Of a stretch of 64,000 nucleotides of DNA, positions 1 through 8,527 are shown piece after piece. A model generated the notes under the pieces. It worked only from the letters and a program-made list of their open reading frames with translations, made no database searches and was not told the DNA's origin. Each line of letters begins with the position of its first letter. The stretch's first letter is position 1. A program made the position numbers and the translations under genes. Source of the stretch: Salinispira sp. (GTDB lineage Bacteria > Spirochaetota > Spirochaetia > DSM-27196 > Salinispiraceae); assembly GCA_965602015.1 (NCBI GenBank), contig OZ271918.1:2304001-2368000 (forward strand), written 5' to 3'.

Positions 1-2210
1 TCCAGACTTTTTGCCAGACTTTCGGAAAAATCCCTGTTTTTATCATCGAAGGTTGTTTTGAAGCTCCGAAGCTTGGCAATGAGAGCCATTGAGCGGTCAA
101 TCAGCTGTCCCAGCCGGGACAGTTTGACAGTGAGGGAAAGGAAATCGCTGTTTTTCACCTTGGCCTTGCCCTTCATTTCCACCAGAAGGTCTTCCATGCC
201 ATGGGCCAGGGCGGCGACGGGCTCAAGACCAATTACCGCCGCCTCCCCCTTAATGCCGTGGGTGAGCATTGATATTTGATGAAGCCGGCTCGCCTGATCG
301 CCCTCATCCTTCAGTATATGATTTATCCGGTCTATATCCCGCTTAACATGAGCCAGAAAATCACCTAAAAGCTCGGGGTCGGTGTGTAGCATCCGGTAGA
401 ACAGCTCCATCTCCGACTCGGCCTTGTTCTGTTCCTGTACTATTCGCCTTGAAAGAATGGCTTCTTCGGTTACGTCCCCAATTACAGCCATTATTCTCGC
501 GCCTTCATCATCGGCTATCCTGTGGAATGAGAGCTTCAGATGTTTAGAGGAGATTTTCCCGTTGCCATGGTCGAAATAGCACTCCACCTGGTCAACGGGA
601 TTCAGATTTGCCAGGGCCTTGGGATCGGTTTTGGGATCGGCCAGAAGTTCGAGATAATCCTCAAGCTCACCGGCGGCGGTATCCGACAGGTGGCTGCCGA
701 ACAGTTCGGAAAACCGTCTGCCCTGGAGATCGCTTTGCCCGAGAATCTTCTCGCTGGCCAGGGAATAAAACGGGCCGATTCGTCCCTCCTCGTCCAAAAG
801 CAGGATGCCATCGCTTATATTGCTGAGTATGTTGAGAAATTCGTCCCGGGCGACAGTGGTCTCCTCGAGGCTGTCGAGCACTGCGTTGTAACGACGGGCA
901 ATTTGTCCGACCTCCGTAAAGGGTTCTACCGGCGCCCTCAGGCTCAGATTTGCCGAGCGGGCCTGCTGTTCCAGAACCTGAAAAAACGCATGGGTCTCGG
1001 TATTTTCACCGTGCTCCGACACATTTAAACCCTTCTCTTCGTCATCGGGGTCGACCCTCAGAGGGAAGAATTTGTTAATCAGCCAGAGCAGACTGTATGA
1101 CAGGGCAAATGACCAGGCCCCCGCCACCACTATTCCGATGAGCTGAACGGTCATCTGGCGGTCCAAACTGAGCCCCGTGGCCAGCAGTTCCGGATCTCCG
1201 AAAATCGCCACCGCCAGGGTGCCCCACATGCCCGCAAAGAGATGGACCGGTATGGCTCCCACCGCATCATCTATGCGGAGCTTTTCGAGCATCATGGAAC
1301 TCAGAAGCATTACCACTCCGCCGACGGCTCCGATGACTATGGCGTCAATTTCGCCAACCGCGTGGGCGTTGGCGGTCACCGCGACCAGCCCCGCAAGGGC
1401 GCCGTTGAGTATGAGCATAATGTCCGGCTTCTTGTAGATCGGCCAACCGACAATCAACGCGCCGATCATCCCCGCGGAGGCCGAGAGGGCGGTGTTGACC
1501 AGTATATGGGGGACCTGGTCGTTGAGAGCGAGGGTAGAACCGCCGTTAAACCCGAACCAGCCAAACCACAGCAGGATTACACCCAGGACAACCATGGGGA
1601 CATTGCTGCCGGGAATTTTATGCGATTTGCCGTCTTCGTCGAAGCGGTGGCGCCGGGGCCCGAGAATGAGCAAGGCGGCCAGAGCGATCCATCCTCCCAC
1701 CGAGTGGACGACGGTGCTGCCCGCGAAATCGACGAATCCCAGCTGCTCAAGCCATCCTCCGTCTCCCCCCAGCCAGAAGCTCCCCCAACTCCAATGACCA
1801 AAAACAGGGTAGATGATCGCTGCAAGAATTATGGTCGAGAAAATATATGATGAATACTTCATCCGCTCGGCGACGGCTCCGGAGACTATTGTGGCCGCTG
1901 TTGAACAGAACATCGATTGGAACAAGAAGAACACTCCGGTCCACACGGGATTCTCCGTCATCGAGAGCCGAAGAAAGAAGCCGTTGGTGCCCAGAATTCC
2001 TGAATAACTGAGCCCGAACATGATGGCGAAACCGAATAGCCAAAAGGCCAAAAAAGACACGCCGAGATCGGTGAGATTTTTTATCGCAACATTAATGGAA
2101 TTTTTAGAACGGGTCATACCCGATTCCACCATTGCGAATCCCGCCTGCATGATAAAAACCAGAAATGATGAAAACAAGACCCACAAGATGTTGATCGCGC
2201 TCTGATCCAT
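1..2210 (-). CDS. amt: Ammonium transporter (Amt) fused to HAMP-like, PAS-like and Hpt (CheA P1-like) domains; truncated by the window edge
   Basis: Manual translation from ATG 2210 (AGGAG RBS upstream): MDQSAINILWVLFSSFLVFIMQAGFAMVESGMTRSKNSINVAIKN, DFAGSTVVHSVGGW, WFGFNGGS, DDAVGAIPVHLFAG; then EPFTEVGQIARRYN, ILSNISDGILLLDEEGRI, LTHGIKGEAAVIGLEPVAALAHGMEDLL. No stop seen before base 1, which explains its absence from the ORF track. Confidence 0.93.
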   Translation of the reverse strand, partial: MDQSAINILWVLFSSFLVFIMQAGFAMVESGMTRSKNSINVAIKNLTDLGVSFLAFWLFGFAIMFGLSYSGILGTNGFFLRLSMTENPVWTGVFFLFQSMFCSTAATIVSGAVAERMKYSSYIFSTIILAAIIYPVFGHWSWGSFWLGGDGGWLEQLGFVDFAGSTVVHSVGGWIALAALLILGPRRHRFDEDGKSHKIPGSNVPMVVLGVILLWFGWFGFNGGSTLALNDQVPHILVNTALSASAGMIGALIVGWPIYKKPDIMLILNGALAGLVAVTANAHAVGEIDAIVIGAVGGVVMLLSSMMLEKLRIDDAVGAIPVHLFAGMWGTLAVAIFGDPELLATGLSLDRQMTVQLIGIVVAGAWSFALSYSLLWLINKFFPLRVDPDDEEKGLNVSEHGENTETHAFFQVLEQQARSANLSLRAPVEPFTEVGQIARRYNAVLDSLEETTVARDEFLNILSNISDGILLLDEEGRIGPFYSLASEKILGQSDLQGRRFSELFGSHLSDTAAGELEDYLELLADPKTDPKALANLNPVDQVECYFDHGNGKISSKHLKLSFHRIADDEGARIMAVIGDVTEEAILSRRIVQEQNKAESEMELFYRMLHTDPELLGDFLAHVKRDIDRINHILKDEGDQASRLHQISMLTHGIKGEAAVIGLEPVAALAHGMEDLLVEMKGKAKVKNSDFLSLTVKLSRLGQLIDRSMALIAKLRSFKTTFDDKNRDFSESLAKSL

Positions 2211-2261
2211 ACTGTCTCCTAATACATAAAACCCGAGCCAGCCCGGGTAAAGCTTTTACTG

Positions 2262-2708
2262 TTATTCCAATCCGATAATCAGGAGCGCGGTGTGACCGCG
2301 CCATTTGAGCGGAACCATAAAGGCCGGGGGATTCTGGGTAAACAGCGAGGCCAGTTCGAGACCCCTTCGCACCGCCGGCACCGAGATAAAATATTCCGAG
2401 CCAAGGTGGCGGCGCATATTTCCGGCAATGGTGTTAATGACCTCACCTGCCATATCTTCGAGATCGTCGCCGGAAATATCCTCGTTGATAATTTCCCGGG
2501 CTACATCGTTCAGAAGGGCCTCTCCGGTACTGAACAGCAGCTGCCCCCGGTGACTCCCGGAGACCGCAATGCCTGCGGAAATACTCAGGTTGCGATCCGT
2601 TGAACTGAGTACGTAGGGCACTCCCATTTCAGCCTCCTCTCCGCTGATGCTTTTGAAATATCCGGTGATGACGTCGATAAACACCTGAATGTCGCGAGCC
2701 TCCATCAT
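2262..2708 (-). CDS. cheX: CheX-family phosphatase
   Basis: EDMAGEVINTIAGN contains the ExxN phosphatase motif; ISAGIAVSGSHRG and ISVPAV are typical of CheX. Confidence 0.88.
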   Translation of the reverse strand: MMEARDIQVFIDVITGYFKSISGEEAEMGVPYVLSSTDRNLSISAGIAVSGSHRGQLLFSTGEALLNDVAREIINEDISGDDLEDMAGEVINTIAGNMRRHLGSEYFISVPAVRRGLELASLFTQNPPAFMVPLKWRGHTALLIIGLE

Positions 2709-3085
2709 GTCACCCCCGCCGGGAGGATTCTATGTATTTCTCCCGCGAGTTCCTCGTTGGAAAAGGGTTTTGACACAAAGCCCCGGGCTCCGAGTTTCAG
2801 CGCCCGTAAACCCGTTGCCCGGTCGTTCAGTGCGCTGATAACCAATACATGTACCTCCGGTCGCAGGTGCATCATGCGCTCCAGGCAAGCCAGACCGTCC
2901 ATTCCCGGCATGGTGATATCCAGGGTAACGAGATCGGGTTCAGTGCGGGCAAACTGTTCTAGGGCTGCGGTCCCGTCCGGAGCGCATGTGATGTGATCTA
3001 TTTCAAGACCGGCAAAAACCGAGCTAATGGCTCTTTGAACTATCCTCGAGTCATCGACAATAAGAACTTTCATGTACATGAACAT
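2705..3085 (-). CDS. CheY-like single-domain response regulator
   Basis: KVLIVDDS, DLVTLDITMPGMDG (phosphoacceptor Asp), ISA, SKPF; stop overlaps cheX start. Confidence 0.92.
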   Translation of the reverse strand: MFMYMKVLIVDDSRIVQRAISSVFAGLEIDHITCAPDGTAALEQFARTEPDLVTLDITMPGMDGLACLERMMHLRPEVHVLVISALNDRATGLRALKLGARGFVSKPFSNEELAGEIHRILPAGVT

Positions 3086-3218
3086 GCAAAATATGGGCCA
3101 CTTTTGTTTTTTCTTGCATATTTATACTAAGTTATTACCGGCAGTCGAATTAGCAATCTGGTTACCCATTGCCTTGCCGAGGCGAATACTACTTTTCTGT
3201 ATTTTTTTGCAATACAAG

Positions 3219-3929
3219 CTACGCAGATGTACCAAATAACGAAATAATAGCGTAGTACAGGGGCGGTATGAGGAGGGAGGGAAGAAGGTTAGCCGTCTTG
3301 ATTCGCCGTATCTTTAACAGATCGATACCGATAGCAAAAATCAGAATACCTCCTATATTTGATATCTCACGAATCACCGCCTCGCCGATCCAGGGCTCGA
3401 GATAGGAGGAAAAAAGTGTTAATGAACCCTGATACGCGAGCAATGGCAGAGCGCTAAAGATAACCCCTATTCCCAGGCTCGAGGCGAGAATGACCGAGGT
3501 TATACCATCGAGAATGGATTTTGCGAAGAGTATGCTGTGGTCGGCCTGGAGTCCGCTTTTGATCGAACCGAGAATTGCCATGCTGCCCACGCAATAAATA
3601 AGCGATGCGGTAACGAAGGCTTCGGAAACCTTGCCGTGACCGTCTCCCAGGCGCTTCTGGAGCCGGTCGCCAAGCTTCTCCATCTGCCGTTCAATCCCGA
3701 TAAGTTCGCCGACGACACCCCCGAGGGCCAGACTGATTATAAACAGCAGGGCTTCGCTCTCGGGATCGAGCAGACCCGAAAGGGCGGTGGCCATTCCGAT
3801 GAACAGCACGGCAAGGGCTATGGACTGAAGCAGGGTCTCCTTAAATCGCTCGGGAAGACCGTGTCTTAACAGTACGCCTGTTACTGATCCTAAAATAATA
3901 GCGGCGGCATTGACGTAGGTACCCAGCAT
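3219..3929 (-). CDS. DUF554 (YdfK-like) membrane protein
   Basis: MLGTYVNAAAIILGS, CVGSMAILGS, AKSILDG, ANLLP motifs. Confidence 0.88.
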   Translation of the reverse strand: MLGTYVNAAAIILGSVTGVLLRHGLPERFKETLLQSIALAVLFIGMATALSGLLDPESEALLFIISLALGGVVGELIGIERQMEKLGDRLQKRLGDGHGKVSEAFVTASLIYCVGSMAILGSIKSGLQADHSILFAKSILDGITSVILASSLGIGVIFSALPLLAYQGSLTLFSSYLEPWIGEAVIREISNIGGILIFAIGIDLLKIRRIKTANLLPSLLIPPLYYAIISLFGTSA

Positions 3930-3959
3930 ACAGCCATGGTAGCGCGTTTGATGAGAAGG

Positions 3960-3992
3960 GGCAAACGGCCTCCGGAATTATCCGGAGGCCGT
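3960..3992 (-). terminator. Probable intrinsic terminator after wrbA
   Basis: 12-bp stem ACGGCCTCCGGA/TCCGGAGGCCGT with 4-nt loop, followed by a short T tract on the minus strand. Confidence 0.6.
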
Positions 3993-4029
3993 GCATTTCA
4001 TGGGTGCAATGAAATGCCTGGAAGACTGG

Positions 4030-4638
4030 TCAGCCCGCCAGCTTCTTTGCCAGCTCTGCGGTGCGCCTTCCCTGGAAACGTGCGGCTTCAAGTTCGTTCT
4101 CGCTGGGCATCCGCGAACCGTCTCCTCCGGCTATGGTTGTGGCTCCGTACGGGCTGCCACCGGTTATTTCGTCGACACCCATCTGGCCCTGGAAGGTATA
4201 GGGAAGACCGGCCACAACCATGCCCTGATGGAGGAAGTAGCGGTGGATGCTGAACAGCGCGGCCTCGTTTCCACCGTGCTGGGTTGCCGTGGCAACCATG
4301 GCGCTTCCGACCTTGCCTTCCAATGACTGGCTGGCCCACTGGCCACCGGTCTGGTCAAGAATGTTCTGAACCTGTCCGGGAACATTTCCGTAACGGGTGG
4401 CGGTCACAATTATGTACCCGTCGGCATCGGCGAAATCCTGGGCGCTGAGTACCGGTACTTCGGCGAAGGCCTTTTGTGCTTCTACCGCCCCCATCTGCTG
4501 CAGTACCTCCGCCGGAATCGTCTCGGGAAAACGCTTGAGTTCTACCTCGGCCCCAGCCTGGGCAGCACCTTCGGCCGCGGCTTTTGCCATTATATAATTG
4601 TGTCCGTATGTGGAATAAAAAAAGACCTTAACCTTCAT
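4030..4638 (-). CDS. wrbA: NAD(P)H:quinone oxidoreductase, WrbA family
   Basis: FYSTYGH, ATRYGN, ATQHGGNE, GGSPYGATTIAGGDGSRMPS. Confidence 0.95.
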   Translation of the reverse strand: MKVKVFFYSTYGHNYIMAKAAAEGAAQAGAEVELKRFPETIPAEVLQQMGAVEAQKAFAEVPVLSAQDFADADGYIIVTATRYGNVPGQVQNILDQTGGQWASQSLEGKVGSAMVATATQHGGNEAALFSIHRYFLHQGMVVAGLPYTFQGQMGVDEITGGSPYGATTIAGGDGSRMPSENELEAARFQGRRTAELAKKLAG

Positions 4639-4640
4639 CC

Positions 4641-5093
4641 TTACTCTCCTAAACCGAGTTTTTTGTTCAGCCTGATGTATTCTGCAATTTCATCGTCGCT
4701 GAGATGAGCGCAGGCTCGCTCGATACCCTCAGAGACCCGTTTGTAGCATTCGGCGATAAGCGGCCTGCCCTTCTCAGTGAGAGAAACCACGGTATGCCGA
4801 CGGTCTTGGCTGTCCTGAATCCGGTGCACCAGGTTTTTTTCAACAAGCCGCTGCACGGCGATTGAAATGTTCCCCCGGGACTTCAGGATTTTATCCGCAA
4901 CCTCCGACTGATGCAGACATCCTTTGAAATACAGCGCCTCGAGAATCGCGAATTCCGTCGGGCTAACCTTATCTTCCAGCGGATCATCGGAAAAACTCAT
5001 CTGCAAAAAGCTGTCGCTGGCCCGCATCAGGGTGGTGAACAGCTTCACAGATCGTTTTCGTCGTTCGGATTCTCCAATGGATACTGAGCTCAT
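4641..5093 (-). CDS. MarR-family regulator (MhqR-like)
   Basis: SPTEFAILEALYFKG...ILKSRGNISIAVQRLVEKNLV...DRR...LTEKG. Confidence 0.9.
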   Translation of the reverse strand: MSSVSIGESERRKRSVKLFTTLMRASDSFLQMSFSDDPLEDKVSPTEFAILEALYFKGCLHQSEVADKILKSRGNISIAVQRLVEKNLVHRIQDSQDRRHTVVSLTEKGRPLIAECYKRVSEGIERACAHLSDDEIAEYIRLNKKLGLGE

Positions 5094-5126
5094 GTGGTTA
5101 ATATAGCGATATATTGTTTAGAGTCA

Positions 5127-5148
5127 AATAGTTTATTGCTAAACTATT
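5127..5148. promoter_or_regulatory. Candidate MarR operator
   Basis: Perfect inverted repeat AATAGTTTA-TTGC-TAAACTATT about 35 bp upstream of the marR-wrbA start. Confidence 0.65.
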
Positions 5149-5175
5149 AATTTTTATTTACCGGGCACCAGCCAG

Positions 5176-5198
5176 TGCCCCGAAAACAGCTGATTTCC
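5176..5198. repeat. Dispersed 23-bp repeat, single arm
   Basis: TGCCCCGAAAACAGCTGATTTCC is identical to the reverse complement of 52788-52810. Confidence 0.75.
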
Positions 5199-5234
5199 TC
5201 ATCCAAACGGTACAGATCCGTAGGTAAATAGGAT

Positions 5235-5987
5235 TCAGCTAAAGTCTTCAAAAAACAGTTCATGGGTTTCAGGAGTTCCGTAGCCCGGAAGGCTTCGGCG
5301 TTTCATACCTCGTGAAGAGATGGCGGTTTCGACGATGGTCCGGTTAAACGGATGGGTGTCTTCATCATTGAGGTATTCAGTAACAGGCATCCACCGGGCC
5401 TCCTCGATTTCGGAGGTATCGAGGACGATATCAGAATTCAGCGGCTTGAGCCTGCAAATGAAGTAAATATCCGATTTTCCGTAGCGGTAGCCGTGCCAGT
5501 GCCGAAAACCGGTAAGCGATATAAATTCCGTCCGTATTCCCGTCTCCTCAAGAACTTCGCGCATTACCGCTTCTGAGATATGCTCCCGTTTATCCAAGGC
5601 TCCTCCGGGCAGTTTCCAATGCCGGCGCTGGCGCCGAAAGCGCTCCTGAACCACCAAAATGCGCTTTTGCTTATCTATCACCACTCCGCCTGCTCCAATG
5701 TAATGGGTGGCATAGGCGGGAATATGCGCATCGGGATGCAGAGCAAGGACGAGCTGTAAATTTCCCTCTTCTGCATGATGATAGGCGAATCCCCGACTTA
5801 CCGCCGGGTCAACCAGGATAGAGAGCGCCGGGGGCAGGTTGAGCCATATGAGTTTTGCGCCGTTTTCCCGAAGATATCCGATGGTTTCATCCAGATCATC
5901 TTCCCAGCGTCGGGGATCGTCAATGTGGGTGAGGGGCGAAAGGGAGGCGCCGGCAAATCTGTCGCGTACATAGTCGAGAATGGCCAT
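5235..5987 (-). CDS. NUDIX hydrolase (NUDT6-like, with N-terminal extension)
   Basis: PGGALDKREHISEAVMREVLEETG Nudix box; ATHYIGAGGVV; GFAYHHAE. Confidence 0.9.
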   Translation of the reverse strand: MAILDYVRDRFAGASLSPLTHIDDPRRWEDDLDETIGYLRENGAKLIWLNLPPALSILVDPAVSRGFAYHHAEEGNLQLVLALHPDAHIPAYATHYIGAGGVVIDKQKRILVVQERFRRQRRHWKLPGGALDKREHISEAVMREVLEETGIRTEFISLTGFRHWHGYRYGKSDIYFICRLKPLNSDIVLDTSEIEEARWMPVTEYLNDEDTHPFNRTIVETAISSRGMKRRSLPGYGTPETHELFFEDFS

Positions 5988-6065
5988 GGACCATATGGTA
6001 TCGCAAATGTCTATCGTGTGGTAGTTATTTCCGCAGGCATCGGCCCTCAGGAATTGGCCCTCTGC

Positions 6066-7589
6066 TCAGCGCTTGAGATAGGAAAGACAGGATGGAAGCA
6101 TAATATTATTTCCAAAATCATCTTCGCCGTAGCCGCATTCCGCCAGGCTCTTTAAATCCTTCAGCACCCGCTTGTCACCCCTGAACTTCACCGTCAGGTC
6201 GGTTCGAATATCGATGCTCCCCTCCGCCAGGAGCTGAGCGATAACCCGGTTAACGTATTCGGCGTAGGATTCCTCGGGAGCTTTTTCAAGCTCTGGGGGC
6301 TCGAGATTGATATTGTAGCTGATGAGCTGGTTTCGCTCCGCAAGCTGGCTCAGGGCCGCCCGGGCTACGTCTCGCGGTTGACCCAAACCCGGGGGCAGAT
6401 CCACCACATCCAGTTCGGAAACGACTTTTGCAATGCGCTTGCGCTTTTCCGCGTTGATCTTTTCATTAACCCGAAACAATTCCAGCGGCAGTCCCGCATC
6501 GCATTCAAGATCGGAGATATCGAGACTGACATTGCTGCCGTAATGCTGAACAATTTTCGCCACCAGGGTGGACGGACGGACATGAAAACCCCGGTAGTTG
6601 GGAACCGGCACCTCAATTTCGCCGTATTCCGCGTAACTGGCTATCACCTCCCGGCACAGGGAAATGCTTCCCTCCAGGAACTGATCGGCGTAGCTAAGGC
6701 TGTAGCGGAAAACGAGACGGAGAACCTCTTCCCTGCTCATGGGCAGGGGAATGGCCGGCTCGGTCTTGCCGCCGGGGGACATATGCCGTTCATAATAATG
6801 GATGAGATTGGTGGCCAGTTCCAGAAGATGATAAATGATGGATGCATGACCCCGTATCAGGGGCAGGCGGGCATCCACCGACTCGATATTGGTGTCAGCC
6901 AGCCGGGTGTCATAGACGCTCTGCAGATTGTGGAACTGCACTTCCAAATCCCGCAATGAACTCTCGCTGATCTGATCGGGAATGTACCGGGGGTACTCCG
7001 ACGGATCCTCCTCACTGAGGTCGTGAATCTCCGTCTCGGTAAAGAGGTTGAGAAAGGCTGTGGCCATGTTTACCACGACGGCTTCCCGGTCTTTTACCGG
7101 CGGTTTGATCCGGTCTTTCGGCAGGGCTGCGGAAGGCAGGGGCAGTTTGAAGTCGAAGGCATGATAGAAGTCGCTTTCCACCAGCCCGTACTCCTTGCCG
7201 AATTTAGAAAAGGTCAGAAGAGAGCGGCGCAGACCCTCCACAAGACTGGAGAGGGTAAGCCCGGTATCCCGCAGGAAGCCTTCGATGTTTCCCGCGAGTT
7301 TGTAGTGCGGGCTGGCTGACCGGATATGCATGGCGATATAGCTGACATTCGCAAACATTTTTACCGAGGCAATGCATTCCCTGAAGGGGAACCACCGGGA
7401 GTTATTTTTCGCCCCGCTGTAGTCCACGAATTCTTCGAGGCGGGTGGCAAGTGACAACACGATACCGACGTATTGGCTGCTGGGCCATTCGGGGTCATCC
7501 TCGGCGGCGAATTGGGCGAGCTCGCACAGCCGATCGCTGAAAGGCGCTAAAAATTTGAGAAATTCTACGTCGTTAAGCTCTCTTTCCAT
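6066..7589 (-). CDS. Large protein with a C-terminal, interrupted HPr-like phosphocarrier domain
   Basis: VPVPNYRGFHVRPSTLVAKIVQHYGSNVSL resembles the HPr His15 motif GLHARP; 507 aa in total. Confidence 0.75.
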   Translation of the reverse strand: MERELNDVEFLKFLAPFSDRLCELAQFAAEDDPEWPSSQYVGIVLSLATRLEEFVDYSGAKNNSRWFPFRECIASVKMFANVSYIAMHIRSASPHYKLAGNIEGFLRDTGLTLSSLVEGLRRSLLTFSKFGKEYGLVESDFYHAFDFKLPLPSAALPKDRIKPPVKDREAVVVNMATAFLNLFTETEIHDLSEEDPSEYPRYIPDQISESSLRDLEVQFHNLQSVYDTRLADTNIESVDARLPLIRGHASIIYHLLELATNLIHYYERHMSPGGKTEPAIPLPMSREEVLRLVFRYSLSYADQFLEGSISLCREVIASYAEYGEIEVPVPNYRGFHVRPSTLVAKIVQHYGSNVSLDISDLECDAGLPLELFRVNEKINAEKRKRIAKVVSELDVVDLPPGLGQPRDVARAALSQLAERNQLISYNINLEPPELEKAPEESYAEYVNRVIAQLLAEGSIDIRTDLTVKFRGDKRVLKDLKSLAECGYGEDDFGNNIMLPSCLSYLKR

Positions 7590-7641
7590 CTCTTCATAAA
7601 ATGATACTGTATTTCACTGATTTTTTCCCATGATACGCGGT

Positions 7642-8424
7642 CTAATCGGGAATCTCCCCCACCCCATCGATAATGATGCCCGGCTGATAGGCGAATTTCC
7701 GGATGTTTTCCCGATCCGATACACCGCTGAGCACAAGCACCGTATCTATTTCCGACTCGATTCCGGCAATCATGTCGGTATCCATCCGGTCTCCGATAAT
7801 TGCCGTGTCCTCTCTTCTGGCAGCAAGCCGCTTGATGGCATGCCGCATCATCAGGGGGTTCGGCTTCCCCACAAAGTAGGCTTTCGAGCCGGTGGACATT
7901 TCAACGGGAGCAATAAGAGAGCCGGTGGCCGGCACAATGCCTTTTTCGATGGGACCGGTGAGGTCGGGATTCGTACCGATGAGCTTTGCACCCTTCCTCA
8001 CGAGGTTTACCGCACGGGTGAGATTTTCAAAGTTATAGCTTCGGGACTCCCCCACCACCACATACTCCGGATTGATTTCATTTATTGTATATCCGATATC
8101 GTACAAGGCATTGAGCAGGCCCGCTTCGCCGATGACATAGGCGTCCCCACCGGGTTTTTGACTTTTCAGAAAGGCGGCGGTAGCCAGGGCGCTGGTGTAA
8201 AAATGCTCTGCTCCCACATCCACCCCCAGCCTGGAAAGCTTCTGGTTTAATTCCCTCGGTGAGCGTTCGGAGCTGTTGGTCAGGAAGAGGAACTTTTTAT
8301 TACGGGCGCTCAACCATTGAATGAACTCACGGGCTCCGGGCAACAGGGTGTTTCCATGGTAGATAACTCCATCCATATCGCAGATGAAGGCTTTTTTTGC
8401 CCGGATTTTTTCGATATCTAGCAT
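7642..8424 (-). CDS. nagD: HAD-IIA hydrolase, NagD family
   Basis: DMDGVIY, FLTNSS, GKPNP, IGDRMDTD. Confidence 0.88.
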   Translation of the reverse strand: MLDIEKIRAKKAFICDMDGVIYHGNTLLPGAREFIQWLSARNKKFLFLTNSSERSPRELNQKLSRLGVDVGAEHFYTSALATAAFLKSQKPGGDAYVIGEAGLLNALYDIGYTINEINPEYVVVGESRSYNFENLTRAVNLVRKGAKLIGTNPDLTGPIEKGIVPATGSLIAPVEMSTGSKAYFVGKPNPLMMRHAIKRLAARREDTAIIGDRMDTDMIAGIESEIDTVLVLSGVSDRENIRKFAYQPGIIIDGVGEIPD

Positions 8425-8527
8425 GCATCCTCCCGTGGGATCCGTCCGCCGATTGCGCCTGTGGTAATTATCAGCTTACCGCGCCGTCTGCAATTCGCAC
8501 AATAACAATGCACCCCCGAGAAAAAAA

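Noticed and set aside
58..2205. Plus-strand ORFs in the track over 58-2205
   Set aside because: They are antisense shadows of the minus-strand Amt fusion and have no recognisable motifs.
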